A DNA stretch of 64,000 bases from Candidatus Woesearchaeota archaeon (GCA_016188215.1 JACPIF010000011.1:172159-236158), one strand, 5' to 3'; numbered from the stretch's first letter, positions 38,800 to 49,120 are shown. Made by a program: numbers and translations. The notes: generated from the letters alone by a model not told the origin.

Positions 38800-39633
38800 A
38801 TGGCAGAGCATAATGCCCTCGTGGTTTTTCAGGACAAGAAAATAAGAAGGGTATGGCATAATGGCCAGTGGTACTTTTCTGTTATTGATATTATAGGTGC
38901 TTTGACTGAAAGCAAGGATCCTCGTACATATTGGAAAGTGCTAAAGCATAGGTTATCCGAAGAAGGCAGTGAGGTGGTTACAAAATGTAACCAACTGAAA
39001 TTACCTGCGGCAGATGGAAAATATTACGAGACAGACTGCACCGATACCAAGACCATGTTTAGATTAATCCAATCCATACCATCCCAAAAGGCAGAACCGT
39101 TCAAGCTATGGCTTGCTCAAGTAGGCTATGAGCGTGTCCAGGAAATACAAAATCCAGAGCTATCCCAAGAGCGCATGAAAGCTTTGTACAGGGCAAAAGG
39201 CTACTCTGAAGACTGGATAGAAAAAAGGATGCGGGGAATAGCAATCCGCCAGGAATTGACTGATGAGTGGAGGAAAAGAAATGTTAAGGAGGGCAAAGAA
39301 TTTGCTATCCTGACAAATGAGATAAGTAAGGCTACCTTTGGCAAGACTGTAGAAGATTACAAGAGGCACAAAAACCTGAAAAAGGAGAATCTTCGCGACC
39401 ATATGACTGATTTGGAACTTATCTTTTCCATGTTGGGCGAAAGGGCTACAACAGAAATTGCAAGGACAAAAGATGCAAAAGGATTCCGAGAAAACAGGAT
39501 AGCTTCCATAAAAGGCGGAAAAATAGCCGGTCAGGCAAGGAAAAACTTAGAAATTGAGACTGGCAAGAAGGTTGTCAACCGGGATAGCTACCTTAAAGAG
39601 CCAGAACGAGAAAAGAGGAAGCGATTGAGATGA
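38800..39633 (+). CDS. Bro-N domain protein (phage antirepressor-like)
   Basis: KIRRVW..WYFSVIDI, ADGKYYETD, AEPFKLWLA and ENLRDHM pattern. Confidence 0.88.
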   Translation: MAEHNALVVFQDKKIRRVWHNGQWYFSVIDIIGALTESKDPRTYWKVLKHRLSEEGSEVVTKCNQLKLPAADGKYYETDCTDTKTMFRLIQSIPSQKAEPFKLWLAQVGYERVQEIQNPELSQERMKALYRAKGYSEDWIEKRMRGIAIRQELTDEWRKRNVKEGKEFAILTNEISKATFGKTVEDYKRHKNLKKENLRDHMTDLELIFSMLGERATTEIARTKDAKGFRENRIASIKGGKIAGQARKNLEIETGKKVVNRDSYLKEPEREKRKRLR

Positions 39634-40250
39634 ATATCTTATTGTATATTCTGTTCATTATCTTAATGCTAATACTTGCATTCTTCACCTATTGGCGCCT
39701 CTGGTTCCTCCGCGACCCGGAAAGAGCCGCGCCAAAAGGCAGGAACATAGTAAGCCCGGCGGACGGTAAAATCCTGAAGGTTGCAAACATCAAGAAACCA
39801 ATAGTAAAGGTAGACAAGGGCTTCATCGGCAAAATCTACACAGCAACCAAAGACGTAGCCTCAGAAACAAAATTAGTTGCTATCTTCATGTCCCCCCTGG
39901 ATGTGCACTACAACCGCGCACCGATAGAAGGCAAGGTAATTTCTGTAAAGCATACAAAAGGAAAGTTCTTTGCAGCAAATAAATTGGAAGAATCATTGCA
40001 GAACGAGAAGAACGAGATTGTTATTCAAAACAAGGAAATTGGAAAGGTCAAGGTAATCCAGGTTGCTGGCTTCCTCGCAAGAAGAGTCATCTGCTACGTG
40101 CACAAAAACCAAAATGTTATTAAAGGCGATAAAATAGGCTTAATCACTTTAGGAAGCCAGTGCATCATCATCATGCCAAAGAAAGTAAAGCTGTCGGTCA
40201 AGGAAGGCCAGCAAGTCTACGCCGGAACAACAATTATAGGTGAATACTGA
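39630..40250 (+). CDS. psd: Phosphatidylserine/archaetidylserine decarboxylase
   Basis: FLRDPER, SPADG, IFMSPLDVH..RAP and LGS cleavage site. Confidence 0.9.
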   Translation: MNILLYILFIILMLILAFFTYWRLWFLRDPERAAPKGRNIVSPADGKILKVANIKKPIVKVDKGFIGKIYTATKDVASETKLVAIFMSPLDVHYNRAPIEGKVISVKHTKGKFFAANKLEESLQNEKNEIVIQNKEIGKVKVIQVAGFLARRVICYVHKNQNVIKGDKIGLITLGSQCIIIMPKKVKLSVKEGQQVYAGTTIIGEY

Positions 40251-40784
40251 ATGAACATGCTTAAGCTTGTCAAGGCCCCTGATCTTGTCTCTCTGCTGAG
40301 CCTTGCTTTTGCAATGCTCTCAATCTTCTCCTCTATTGAGCGTGATTTTAATACAGCAATGTTTTTCATGATCCTTTCAGTGGTGGCAGACTACAGCGAT
40401 GGCATGCTCGCCAGGCTCATGCATCGCACCGGGAATTTTGGCAAGCAAGTGGATTCTCTTGCAGACATTATCGCGTTCGGTGTAACACCTGCGGTATTCG
40501 GCTACATGGTCCTTGGCAGGGACACCTTCACAATGGCCGCATTAGTCATATTCACCTGCGCCGGCTTGCTGCGATTGGCCCGATATAATATCTCTCCTGC
40601 ATCGGACTATTTTGAGGGGCTGCCTATTACCAGCTCCGCTCTGCTCATCCCGGCTGCATACACCCTCCTGCCGCTCAACCTTTTACCTTACCTCTATCTT
40701 CTATTAGCAGCCCTGATGATATCATCAATTAAAGTCAGTAAGCTAAAATTAGGTAAAAAGGATAAGAAGCAAAAGAAATCATAG
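40251..40784 (+). CDS. pssA: CDP-alcohol phosphatidyltransferase (serine synthase type)
   Basis: DYSDGMLAR..GKQVDSLAD, LRLARYN and FEGLP motifs. Confidence 0.88.
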   Translation: MNMLKLVKAPDLVSLLSLAFAMLSIFSSIERDFNTAMFFMILSVVADYSDGMLARLMHRTGNFGKQVDSLADIIAFGVTPAVFGYMVLGRDTFTMAALVIFTCAGLLRLARYNISPASDYFEGLPITSSALLIPAAYTLLPLNLLPYLYLLLAALMISSIKVSKLKLGKKDKKQKKS

Positions 40785-40915
40785 GTCAATCTGAAATTAC
40801 AGATATGATATTTTTAGAGAAGCTACTTGCATTTATTGAGATAAATTATCTCGAGATCTAGGTAAAGCTATATAAAGGGGCATATATCACCCAGTACTAG
40901 ATTGGGTGGTGTTGT

Positions 40916-41485
40916 ATTGTAAAAAAGAGGTCTCAGGCTAAAGCACTATTTCTATCAATTCTCTTACTTACTGCTCTGGCTGTCATTACTATAGCTCTTA
41001 ATCATTCTTTACCAGAACAAGCGGTTAGTCCTGATTTACAGAATATTCTTTCTAAGAATCCTAAATTAGCCACTGTAGTGAATGGGCAGTCTATTGATAC
41101 TGAATATATAAGGGAATATTTGAAGACTTATAAGGGCTTTTCTGAGTTGCAATACCGGAATGTGGGAAAAGGCGAGATAGTTAGGCAAACGTTAGCTGTT
41201 GGCAATAATGAGGAGAATATCAAAGGATTTGAGATCAATGGGAAAAGATATGTAGTACACCTAATAGCGTGTGATGTTAATTATGGTCAATGCATGTTTA
41301 GGATAAACGGATTGCCAACAGGTGGCATCAAAGTTCACAACAGGAATGCTTCTGGTTTTGATTTGGATAATACTTACAGAGTGGAAATTGATTCTGTCAC
41401 TTTTGATTATTGTGGTACAAAAAGATTCTGCAATTTGCATTATGAGGCGTATGATAAAGTTGAAGTGAGGGTGAGACCTAAATGA
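40916..41485 (+). CDS. Secreted protein with class III-like signal; probable ATT start
   Basis: Frame open upstream of GTG 41078, giving (I)VKKRSQAKALFLSILLL; GGTGGTG SD-like sequence before ATT 40916. Confidence 0.65.
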   Translation: MVKKRSQAKALFLSILLLTALAVITIALNHSLPEQAVSPDLQNILSKNPKLATVVNGQSIDTEYIREYLKTYKGFSELQYRNVGKGEIVRQTLAVGNNEENIKGFEINGKRYVVHLIACDVNYGQCMFRINGLPTGGIKVHNRNASGFDLDNTYRVEIDSVTFDYCGTKRFCNLHYEAYDKVEVRVRPK

Positions 41486-41928
41486 AGAAATTTATGTTGT
41501 TAGGATTATTATTAGTAATAATTATTTCAGGGTGTATCCAACAAACGGCTTTAGACACTAAAGAATTAATAAACACTGATAATTCCAATAAGTATAGATT
41601 AGATGAATTGATAGTTCAATTTAACTCTGTATCTTCTAATGGACTCATTGCTTCTATAAATTCTGAAAATCAGGCAGATGAAATAAATTTTAGAAATTAT
41701 TTTGAAAAGAATATTGCAAATATTAAAAATAACTATAACAAAATTGTTGAACTCAGGATCACATATCCTAGTCAAGCAAATCTGGCTTTTGTAAAAATTA
41801 TATATAGTCAAAACACTACTGAGCAAGAAAAAGAACAAATTCTCAAGTTGTTGAAGGAAGATTTAGAGGAAAGATGGTACTCCAAAAAAGTAAATTTTAG
41901 TGTGATAGAATATGTCAGTGGCAAATAG
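41482..41928 (+). CDS. Lipoprotein-like protein, possibly protease prodomain-like
   Basis: IISGC lipobox-like signal; YRLDELIVQF. Confidence 0.65.
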   Translation: MKKFMLLGLLLVIIISGCIQQTALDTKELINTDNSNKYRLDELIVQFNSVSSNGLIASINSENQADEINFRNYFEKNIANIKNNYNKIVELRITYPSQANLAFVKIIYSQNTTEQEKEQILKLLKEDLEERWYSKKVNFSVIEYVSGK

Positions 41929-43684
41929 AAGATGGAATAAGGTTGAGAAAATAGTATTTTGCTTAATCTTGATTTCTATGCTCTTGCCTATCTCACATGC
42001 AACTAATAATGATGCTAACGAAAAGATTACAAAAAAACTAAACCAAGAAGATTTTGTTGAGGTTATCATAATCCTAAAAGATCCCGATGATCTTTCAAAA
42101 GTTGATTTGTCTAACCGAAGATTAAAAGTAAAGAATCTCCAGGAGTCTATATTACACGGATTATCTCAAGATGAGATAAAACAAGTGAAAAGATTTCCAC
42201 TAACTAATGGCTTTAGCGGAATAATATCAAAGAAAGGATATGACAAAATTAAGAATAACCCTAGTATTAAATCGATACGTCTTGTTGAAAAAGAATATGT
42301 TCTGCTAACAGAAAGTGTACCTATTATTGAAGCTAATCTAGTCCAAAATTTATCGTTTACCGGGGAAGGACAAACAGTTTGTGTTATTGACACGGGAGTT
42401 GATTACGGCCACCCTAATTTAGGGTCTTGTACCCTTTCTCAATTTTTATCTAACTCATGTTCAAAAATAATTGGAGGATATGACTTTTGGAATGATGATT
42501 CTGACCCAATGGACGATTTTGGACACGGCACCCATGTTGCAGGGATTGTTGCCTCCGATAGTACAATCTATAGGGGAGTCGCGCCGGATTCAAGACTGAT
42601 AGCTCTTAAAGTATGTGGAAAGAACTTTTCAGAAGGTTGTTCAACTCCTAATATGATAAGCGCAATAGACTGGTGCATTAGCAATGCCAGTAAGTTTAAC
42701 ATCACTGTAATTACTATAAGTATTGGCGGAGGAGCGTTTTCATCATATTGTGATGATGATGACGATAGAAAACAAAGTATAGACCTGGCTATAAAAAATA
42801 ACATCTTTGTAACAATTGCTTCGGGGAATAATGGCTTTATAGGAGATATCTCAGCGCCTGCTTGTGTTGAAAATGCTACCTCGATAGGCGCTACAGATAA
42901 AAATGATAATGTAGCAACTTATTCAAATCGGAATCAAAATTTAGATTTATTAGCACCAGGTGGTGAATGGGGTTCTTCTACTTCTCCTTATTCAGAGATT
43001 GTATCAACATTTTCGCCGAATGTATCAAATGATCCAAACTTATGTTTTATAAGGAACACACAGGGTATATGTTTTGATACTTCTTATAACGTAACACCGT
43101 ATTTTATACGTTCTATTGGCACTTCAATGGCTGCTCCACACGTAGCTGGTATCGCAGCTTTGTTGCAAGATGCATATGATGGTAATCTCACACCTTCTCA
43201 AATTTTATGGATACTGAATGAAAGCGGGGAGGATGTGTGGGATTCTGAGGTTGAAACTGGATTATTCTCAGAGGGTAAGTATTTCCCTAGAGTGAATGCT
43301 CTTAAAGCTCTAGAATATGCTTCTTATCTTGATATTCAACACACTGATTGGCCCACTCAGCGCCACGACAACCGAAGGACAGCTTTTACAATTTTAAAAG
43401 GAGATATGAATGCCTCAAATATCGATAATTATAATCTTTATTTAACAAACGGAACTTCCCAAGAGTATGTTATTCGAACTAGTATTGCAGACATAGATGG
43501 CAACGGATATATGGAAGCTGTTACAGTCGCCCACGAGAAGATATCAGATAATGAAACAGATGGCAAGGTATATGCTTTTGAGAGAAATAGACGTTTCAAT
43601 GAGATATGTCCTTCTTTCTTCCCATTCTGCTGGGAAAATGAGCGGAAGTGGCATGTATCCGTTAATTCTGGAGGAGCTCTATGA
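41912..43684 (+). CDS. S8 subtilisin-like protease with prodomain and truncated FG-GAP tail
   Basis: VIDTG, GHGTHVAG and GTSMAAPH catalytic triad motifs. Confidence 0.92.
   Translation: MSVANRRWNKVEKIVFCLILISMLLPISHATNNDANEKITKKLNQEDFVEVIIILKDPDDLSKVDLSNRRLKVKNLQESILHGLSQDEIKQVKRFPLTNGFSGIISKKGYDKIKNNPSIKSIRLVEKEYVLLTESVPIIEANLVQNLSFTGEGQTVCVIDTGVDYGHPNLGSCTLSQFLSNSCSKIIGGYDFWNDDSDPMDDFGHGTHVAGIVASDSTIYRGVAPDSRLIALKVCGKNFSEGCSTPNMISAIDWCISNASKFNITVITISIGGGAFSSYCDDDDDRKQSIDLAIKNNIFVTIASGNNGFIGDISAPACVENATSIGATDKNDNVATYSNRNQNLDLLAPGGEWGSSTSPYSEIVSTFSPNVSNDPNLCFIRNTQGICFDTSYNVTPYFIRSIGTSMAAPHVAGIAALLQDAYDGNLTPSQILWILNESGEDVWDSEVETGLFSEGKYFPRVNALKALEYASYLDIQHTDWPTQRHDNRRTAFTILKGDMNASNIDNYNLYLTNGTSQEYVIRTSIADIDGNGYMEAVTVAHEKISDNETDGKVYAFERNRRFNEICPSFFPFCWENERKWHVSVNSGGAL
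43346..43651 (+). repeat. 306-bp direct repeat, copy 1 (copy 2 at 45027-45332)
   Basis: Encodes DWPTQRHDNRRT...ERKW in both proteases; 93 nt (43529-43621) identical. Confidence 0.95.
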
Positions 43685-43974
43685 AACTTATTTATTTTTT
43701 ATTATTAGGCCTTATACTAGTAAGCGGATGCAATGAATCTGAATCATTGAAAAATGAAAGTGTTTACACTAAACACGAAAATTTTGCTCGATTTGAATTA
43801 CCACAGGTAGCTGGTGAGTGTCGAAGTGATTCTCAGTGCATTATAGGTGGTTGTAACGGAGAGACTTGTACTGCTAAAGAAGCTAAAGTGACAACTTGCG
43901 ATGTTCCTAAAGGTATGAAATCAGGTGTATCATGTAAGTGCATTAATCAAGGATGTATTTGGACCAAAAAATGA
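43681..43974 (+). CDS. Small secreted eight-cysteine-cluster-like protein
   Basis: LVSGC signal; CRSDSQCIIGGCNGETC..TTC..CKCINQGCIW. Confidence 0.8.
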   Translation: MKLIYFLLLGLILVSGCNESESLKNESVYTKHENFARFELPQVAGECRSDSQCIIGGCNGETCTAKEAKVTTCDVPKGMKSGVSCKCINQGCIWTKK

Positions 43975-46835
43975 AAAGTAATATTTTAACTTTAAGTTTG
44001 TTCTTCTTAATTTTAATAATTATAACTCCTTTGAGCTATTCATTAGATAAAAGTAGAAATGAAATTGGTGCGGATATAGTCAATAATCTAGGGGTAACAG
44101 GAAAAAATAATACGATATGTTTAATTGATGATGGTGTTGATTACACACATCCTAACTTAGGCAACTGCACTCTTAATCAAATTTCTATTGGCCAATGTCC
44201 AACCTTTATTTCTGCTACTGATTTAGTTGAGAATGATTCAGACCCTTATCCAGAGGGAGAACAGGAACATGGTACACAAATTGCAGGAATTATTTTATCA
44301 AATCACGAAAAATATAAAGGTATATCCCCTGGTGCTAAAATAGCTTTTGTAAGAATTTGGGACTATGATTTTATTAATCAAGAATCTACAACAAATACAG
44401 CATTAGTTCTAGATGCTATTCAATGGTGTATAGATAATAGAAATAATTATAGCATCTCTGCTATTAGTCTTAGCATGGGTTTAGGATTTAGTCAATCCTC
44501 CAATATCACATCACAATTTCAATCAAAAATTGACAACGCTACTAGAGTCGGAATACTTTTTGTTAAATCATCTGGTAATAGAGAGGATGGTGATACTTAT
44601 AACATGACATTCCCTGCTGATTTGGGAAATGTTACATCAGTAGGTTCAGTGAGAAATAAGGACAAAATTTCATATTTTACGAGAAGAACTTCAAACTTAG
44701 ATTTATTAGCTCCAGGTGATAAAATAAGAAGTACAATAGTGGGAACGGGCTTCACAAGTTTTCTAGGTAATCTAATTTGTTGGCATAACAGTGACACAAT
44801 TGCTGGTTCGCTAATTACAAGGAAAGTTCTTCCTTTTTGTAACTATGGAACCTCCTTTTCCGCTCCTCATGTATCTGCTGCAGTCACATTATTAAAAGAA
44901 TATGACTCTGGTTTGAAACCTCATGATATAGAAAATTTATTAAAGGAAACTGGTAATGATGTCTATGACTCTGTGACTAATTCTACATTTAAAATGATCA
45001 ATTTACCTGCTGCTTTACATATTTACGATTGGCCCACACAGCGCCATGACAACCGCAGAACTGGTTTAACACTTTTAAAAGGTGACATGAATTCTTCAAA
45101 CATTGATAATTACAATCTCTATTTAACAAATGGAACTTCCCAGGAATATGTCATCAGAACTAGCATAGCAGATGTTGATGGCAACGGGTATATGGAAGCT
45201 GTTACTGTAGCCCACGAGAAGATATCAGATAATGAAACAGATGGCAAGGTATATGCTTTTGAGAGAAATAGACGTTTCAATGAGATATGTCCTTCTTTCT
45301 TCTCATTCTGCTGGGAAGATGAGCGGAAGTGGTTTATTGATCTGCATAGAGTAATCATGCATCCTCCTACAATTGGCAATATTGACGAAACCATTCAGAA
45401 AGAAGTCATAGTTCCGACCAGGAATGGCACATTAAGAGTACTTAATGTTAGCACAGACGGCAAAACTGTTTATGATAAATGGCAATATTTGACTAAGCCT
45501 AAATTCTCAACTTTTTCAGGTAATAATCACACAGCTGAACTGAGCGGTTCTGCAATTGCAGATATTGATTTAGACGGGAATCCTGATATTATAATTACAG
45601 ATTCTGCTCCAAGGGCTGTGTATGACTGGCCCGGACAGATATATGTCTTAAATCAGACAGGTGGACTAAAATTCAATGCAACTTTTGGGAATGCAGGGGC
45701 CTTTGGAGCACCATCTATTGCAAATATAGATGAGGATGATTACCCTGAAATTATTATACCTTCATTCTATGGAGTTTTTGTATATGACTATAATGTAACT
45801 CATAATAATCTGACTTTAAAATGGAACAATAGCGACGGATTAATAGATGGAGAAATTGTAGTCTATGATATAGATAGAGATAACGAATATGAGTTGATAT
45901 ATTCCACTTCGCCTGTCTCATGTGCCGCTCAAAAACAGTGTTACAATAGGACTTATATTAGAGATGCTAAGACTGGCGCAAATGAAGGGCCAAGTCCTAT
46001 AAATTATACGTTTGCAACCATGGTAGCTCCAACCATAGCTAATCTGGACAATGATTCAAACTTTGAGATAGTAGTTATTGGGACAAATGAAAAAGTAAGT
46101 TATGGTCTGGGCAAATTAAGAGCCTATGATGCAAGTTCTGGCAATCTTGAATGGGAGTACAATGATTCTAATAGCTTAATAACTCCTTTTGCAAGTCCTG
46201 TTATAGCAGATATCACTGGTGATGGCAACCTTGACATTATTTTTGCGGAAAATAATGGTACACAAGTTTATATTTTGCATAAAAATGGCACCTTAAACTT
46301 TAGATACTTCTTTGATGCTTTTGTAGACAATGCTTTAGCCATAGGTGATTTAGATAAGGATGGAAAAGCCGAGATTGCACTTAAAAGAGCAGGCTCACCT
46401 GTGGCCTTTACAACATTAACAGCTTTCAATGATCCTCCAGAATTAAACCTCATTAATAATTTAACTGCAAGGGCAGGAGATTTAATAAATCTAAATGTGA
46501 CAGGACAAGTTACTGCGATAGACCCTGAAGGAAATAACTTAACTCTTAGTTATAGTTCTCCATTCAATAGTTCAGGGCTATGGCAATCTACAATCAATGA
46601 TACGGGCAATTATTCCATTCTAGTAGAGGTAAGCGATGGAGGCATTACTGATTCACAATTTGTATTCTTACAAGTTTTCAACACAACTTCTACCTATGTT
46701 AGTAACTTAACGGATGGCTCTAACCAGAAAATACTGAACTATACACAAGCATCTAATCAATCTGTGCAGCTTAGACTGCCAAAAAATGTAAGTATATTGT
46801 ATGCAAGCATAAAAATAGAGGGAAAAGGTCAATGA
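43971..46835 (+). CDS. S8 protease without prodomain, fused to an FG-GAP/VCBS propeller and Ig-like domain
   Basis: LIDDG, EHGT and GTSFSAPH motifs; repeated ADxDxDG motifs; NDPP..DPEG Ig-like segment. Confidence 0.9.
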   Translation: MKSNILTLSLFFLILIIITPLSYSLDKSRNEIGADIVNNLGVTGKNNTICLIDDGVDYTHPNLGNCTLNQISIGQCPTFISATDLVENDSDPYPEGEQEHGTQIAGIILSNHEKYKGISPGAKIAFVRIWDYDFINQESTTNTALVLDAIQWCIDNRNNYSISAISLSMGLGFSQSSNITSQFQSKIDNATRVGILFVKSSGNREDGDTYNMTFPADLGNVTSVGSVRNKDKISYFTRRTSNLDLLAPGDKIRSTIVGTGFTSFLGNLICWHNSDTIAGSLITRKVLPFCNYGTSFSAPHVSAAVTLLKEYDSGLKPHDIENLLKETGNDVYDSVTNSTFKMINLPAALHIYDWPTQRHDNRRTGLTLLKGDMNSSNIDNYNLYLTNGTSQEYVIRTSIADVDGNGYMEAVTVAHEKISDNETDGKVYAFERNRRFNEICPSFFSFCWEDERKWFIDLHRVIMHPPTIGNIDETIQKEVIVPTRNGTLRVLNVSTDGKTVYDKWQYLTKPKFSTFSGNNHTAELSGSAIADIDLDGNPDIIITDSAPRAVYDWPGQIYVLNQTGGLKFNATFGNAGAFGAPSIANIDEDDYPEIIIPSFYGVFVYDYNVTHNNLTLKWNNSDGLIDGEIVVYDIDRDNEYELIYSTSPVSCAAQKQCYNRTYIRDAKTGANEGPSPINYTFATMVAPTIANLDNDSNFEIVVIGTNEKVSYGLGKLRAYDASSGNLEWEYNDSNSLITPFASPVIADITGDGNLDIIFAENNGTQVYILHKNGTLNFRYFFDAFVDNALAIGDLDKDGKAEIALKRAGSPVAFTTLTAFNDPPELNLINNLTARAGDLINLNVTGQVTAIDPEGNNLTLSYSSPFNSSGLWQSTINDTGNYSILVEVSDGGITDSQFVFLQVFNTTSTYVSNLTDGSNQKILNYTQASNQSVQLRLPKNVSILYASIKIEGKGQ
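45027..45332 (+). repeat. 306-bp direct repeat, copy 2
   Basis: Same length and frame-preserving match to 43346-43651. Confidence 0.95.
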
Positions 46836-49105
46836 AAAAGATACTAGTACTTTTCATTCCTGTACTATTTTTATTAGTTAATAGTTTAAATATCTCAGGT
46901 TATGCTACCTGTACAACTACTGGAGATTGTCCATCGGGTTTTACGGATAATGGTACAATTTGTGAAGGAAAAATTTGCTACAAGCAATGTTACATATACA
47001 CATGTGGTAATATATCCGATATAACATGGACTCAAGAATTCTCAGATGCAAATAAACCGCATATAAAAGATCAAACAGATTTTGATGTAACTGATTCGCT
47101 CGGATATACGCCTACTAATACATCCAGATGTTATAAATTTGAATACAGAGGGCCATCTTCAAATTCATGCATACAAATGAACGCAAATGAAAGTGCAAGC
47201 CCACCAAACAATTGTGATAGCGAAGCTATTGTTGGTTTTAGGGATTTAACAAATTTAGAAGACCCATGGTACAAGAATATTTACACTGCAGATAGTTATC
47301 GAGGCCCTAAGTACCTTGGTTTAGTTAACAAAGTCCAATTTGACTACATGGTTAAAGTCGCAAGATCCCATGCTGATGGAGAAGGGACATCTGACTCATA
47401 TAAAGCAGATTTAGAAATTACAAACTCAATTTATTGTGCCAACAATAGTGCAATCTGTGATGCAATGGCGCCACTTCATAATTGCACTACGGGATGTTAT
47501 AATAAAGAAACAAGATTAAGAGGCTTCCAAGGGTTTCTTGTAGAAAGTAATTCCATAGACAATACTTTATATAATGGAAACGGGTGCGGTGTTCAATACG
47601 TTGAAGCAAATATTGGGAATTATTTCACAGTTAAGAGTTCTGAAGGCTGTTCAGGTGGTTATTATGTATACAGTGCTCAAGCAAATATAATTAAGTATGA
47701 TACAAGTGCCAGATGTGACATGGTAAATGAGGCCCCCAATATAACAGGTGTAAAAATATTGCCATTAATGCCTAATGCTGGCCAAAACTTATTTTGTAAC
47801 TATACCTATTATGACACAGAAAACTTCACCGAGCAGAATTCAAGCTATGAATGGTGGAAGAATAATGTAAATCAAAATATTAACTCTCAAATCCTTGAAT
47901 ATAAAAACCTAACACCAGGTGATTTATGGTTTTGTAAGGTATCAGGAAGTGATGGCGATAAGACTTCTGTTTTTGTGCAAAGCGAAAATAATGTAACGAT
48001 AAACTCTACCCTGCAAAATCCCATACTCTACGTAGATGGCAATCAGTCATGGAATGAGAGCGGCTATTATGGTATAACCAAGATAGTTGACTTTGATAGC
48101 CAATTGCGTTCTGCTTTAAACAGCTGCACTGCAGATGCCCAGGGTTACTGCAATATATCGCTTACCTTCTTCTCTAATGCTACTGGATTGCTCAATATAA
48201 CAAACATTAACGTGTATTATGATAACCCTGTGGCAGCAGTATCTGTTGCAGATACTACATTAAACCTGACAGCATTACAATCTGATAATACTGTAAGATT
48301 ATTTGAGTTCACCATAATTAACACTGGAAACTCAAAAATCAGCAATCTTTCCTGGAAATTAAGCACTGGAGAAGCAATCCTAAACAGTACCCAGAACGTA
48401 ACGTTGGATGCTAGTGAGCGCTTAGTCTCTTTGATCCATTATAACTATACCACTGAAGGAAGCTTTGCTGTAATGGCAAATATAACGTATGATAATCTCA
48501 CCAGCAATGCCTCCCTGCTTGTTACCATAGGCAACCTGTTAGTTGACTCAATGCAGGAATTATCGCGGGTAGGAAAGGTAATAGTATATGAAATCAAAAT
48601 CCTAAATATAAGGAATGAGTCTATAAACAATGCAAATTGGTCGGTAAACATCAGCGGGGCTGATACTTATGCGAATAAAATCTATAACCTCACATCCAAT
48701 GAGTCACTCTACCTCTATTTTGAGCAGAACCACACCAGTTTTGGTGAATATCAAGTTAAGGCAACTGCGTTTAACCAGAACTTTACTCATTCAAAAACCC
48801 TCACCACATTGCTAAAAGAATTAGTGGTTATTGGGCTAAAAGTCCTCAATGCCACAAGCACAAGAATTCAATTTGAATTCCTCATCAATAACAGCCTTAA
48901 TGCCACCGTAAATGCTATCAACTGGACTTTGAATACTGGCTTGACTAATGTCTCTAGTACTACTAATATAACTTTGCAGTCTAATGAAACTGTGTATGTC
49001 ATCACTGATTATAATTACACATCTAGCGGAACGTATGCAGTCAATGCAACTGCAAGAAAGAACGAGTCTTCAGAGGACTCACAAAATATTTCCATAACAG
49101 TATAA
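46832..49105 (+). CDS. Secreted Cys-rich protein with three C-terminal CARDB/Ig-like repeats
   Basis: Signal peptide; many N-x-S/T sequons; repeated FEFxIxN..W..NYTxxG. Confidence 0.8.
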   Translation: MKKILVLFIPVLFLLVNSLNISGYATCTTTGDCPSGFTDNGTICEGKICYKQCYIYTCGNISDITWTQEFSDANKPHIKDQTDFDVTDSLGYTPTNTSRCYKFEYRGPSSNSCIQMNANESASPPNNCDSEAIVGFRDLTNLEDPWYKNIYTADSYRGPKYLGLVNKVQFDYMVKVARSHADGEGTSDSYKADLEITNSIYCANNSAICDAMAPLHNCTTGCYNKETRLRGFQGFLVESNSIDNTLYNGNGCGVQYVEANIGNYFTVKSSEGCSGGYYVYSAQANIIKYDTSARCDMVNEAPNITGVKILPLMPNAGQNLFCNYTYYDTENFTEQNSSYEWWKNNVNQNINSQILEYKNLTPGDLWFCKVSGSDGDKTSVFVQSENNVTINSTLQNPILYVDGNQSWNESGYYGITKIVDFDSQLRSALNSCTADAQGYCNISLTFFSNATGLLNITNINVYYDNPVAAVSVADTTLNLTALQSDNTVRLFEFTIINTGNSKISNLSWKLSTGEAILNSTQNVTLDASERLVSLIHYNYTTEGSFAVMANITYDNLTSNASLLVTIGNLLVDSMQELSRVGKVIVYEIKILNIRNESINNANWSVNISGADTYANKIYNLTSNESLYLYFEQNHTSFGEYQVKATAFNQNFTHSKTLTTLLKELVVIGLKVLNATSTRIQFEFLINNSLNATVNAINWTLNTGLTNVSSTTNITLQSNETVYVITDYNYTSSGTYAVNATARKNESSEDSQNISITV

Positions 49106-49120
49106 AGGAGGAATGAAACC

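Noticed and set aside
43346-45332. Diversity-generating retroelement TR/VR pair
   Set aside because: Mismatches are not adenine-specific and are mostly synonymous; no reverse transcriptase in the window.
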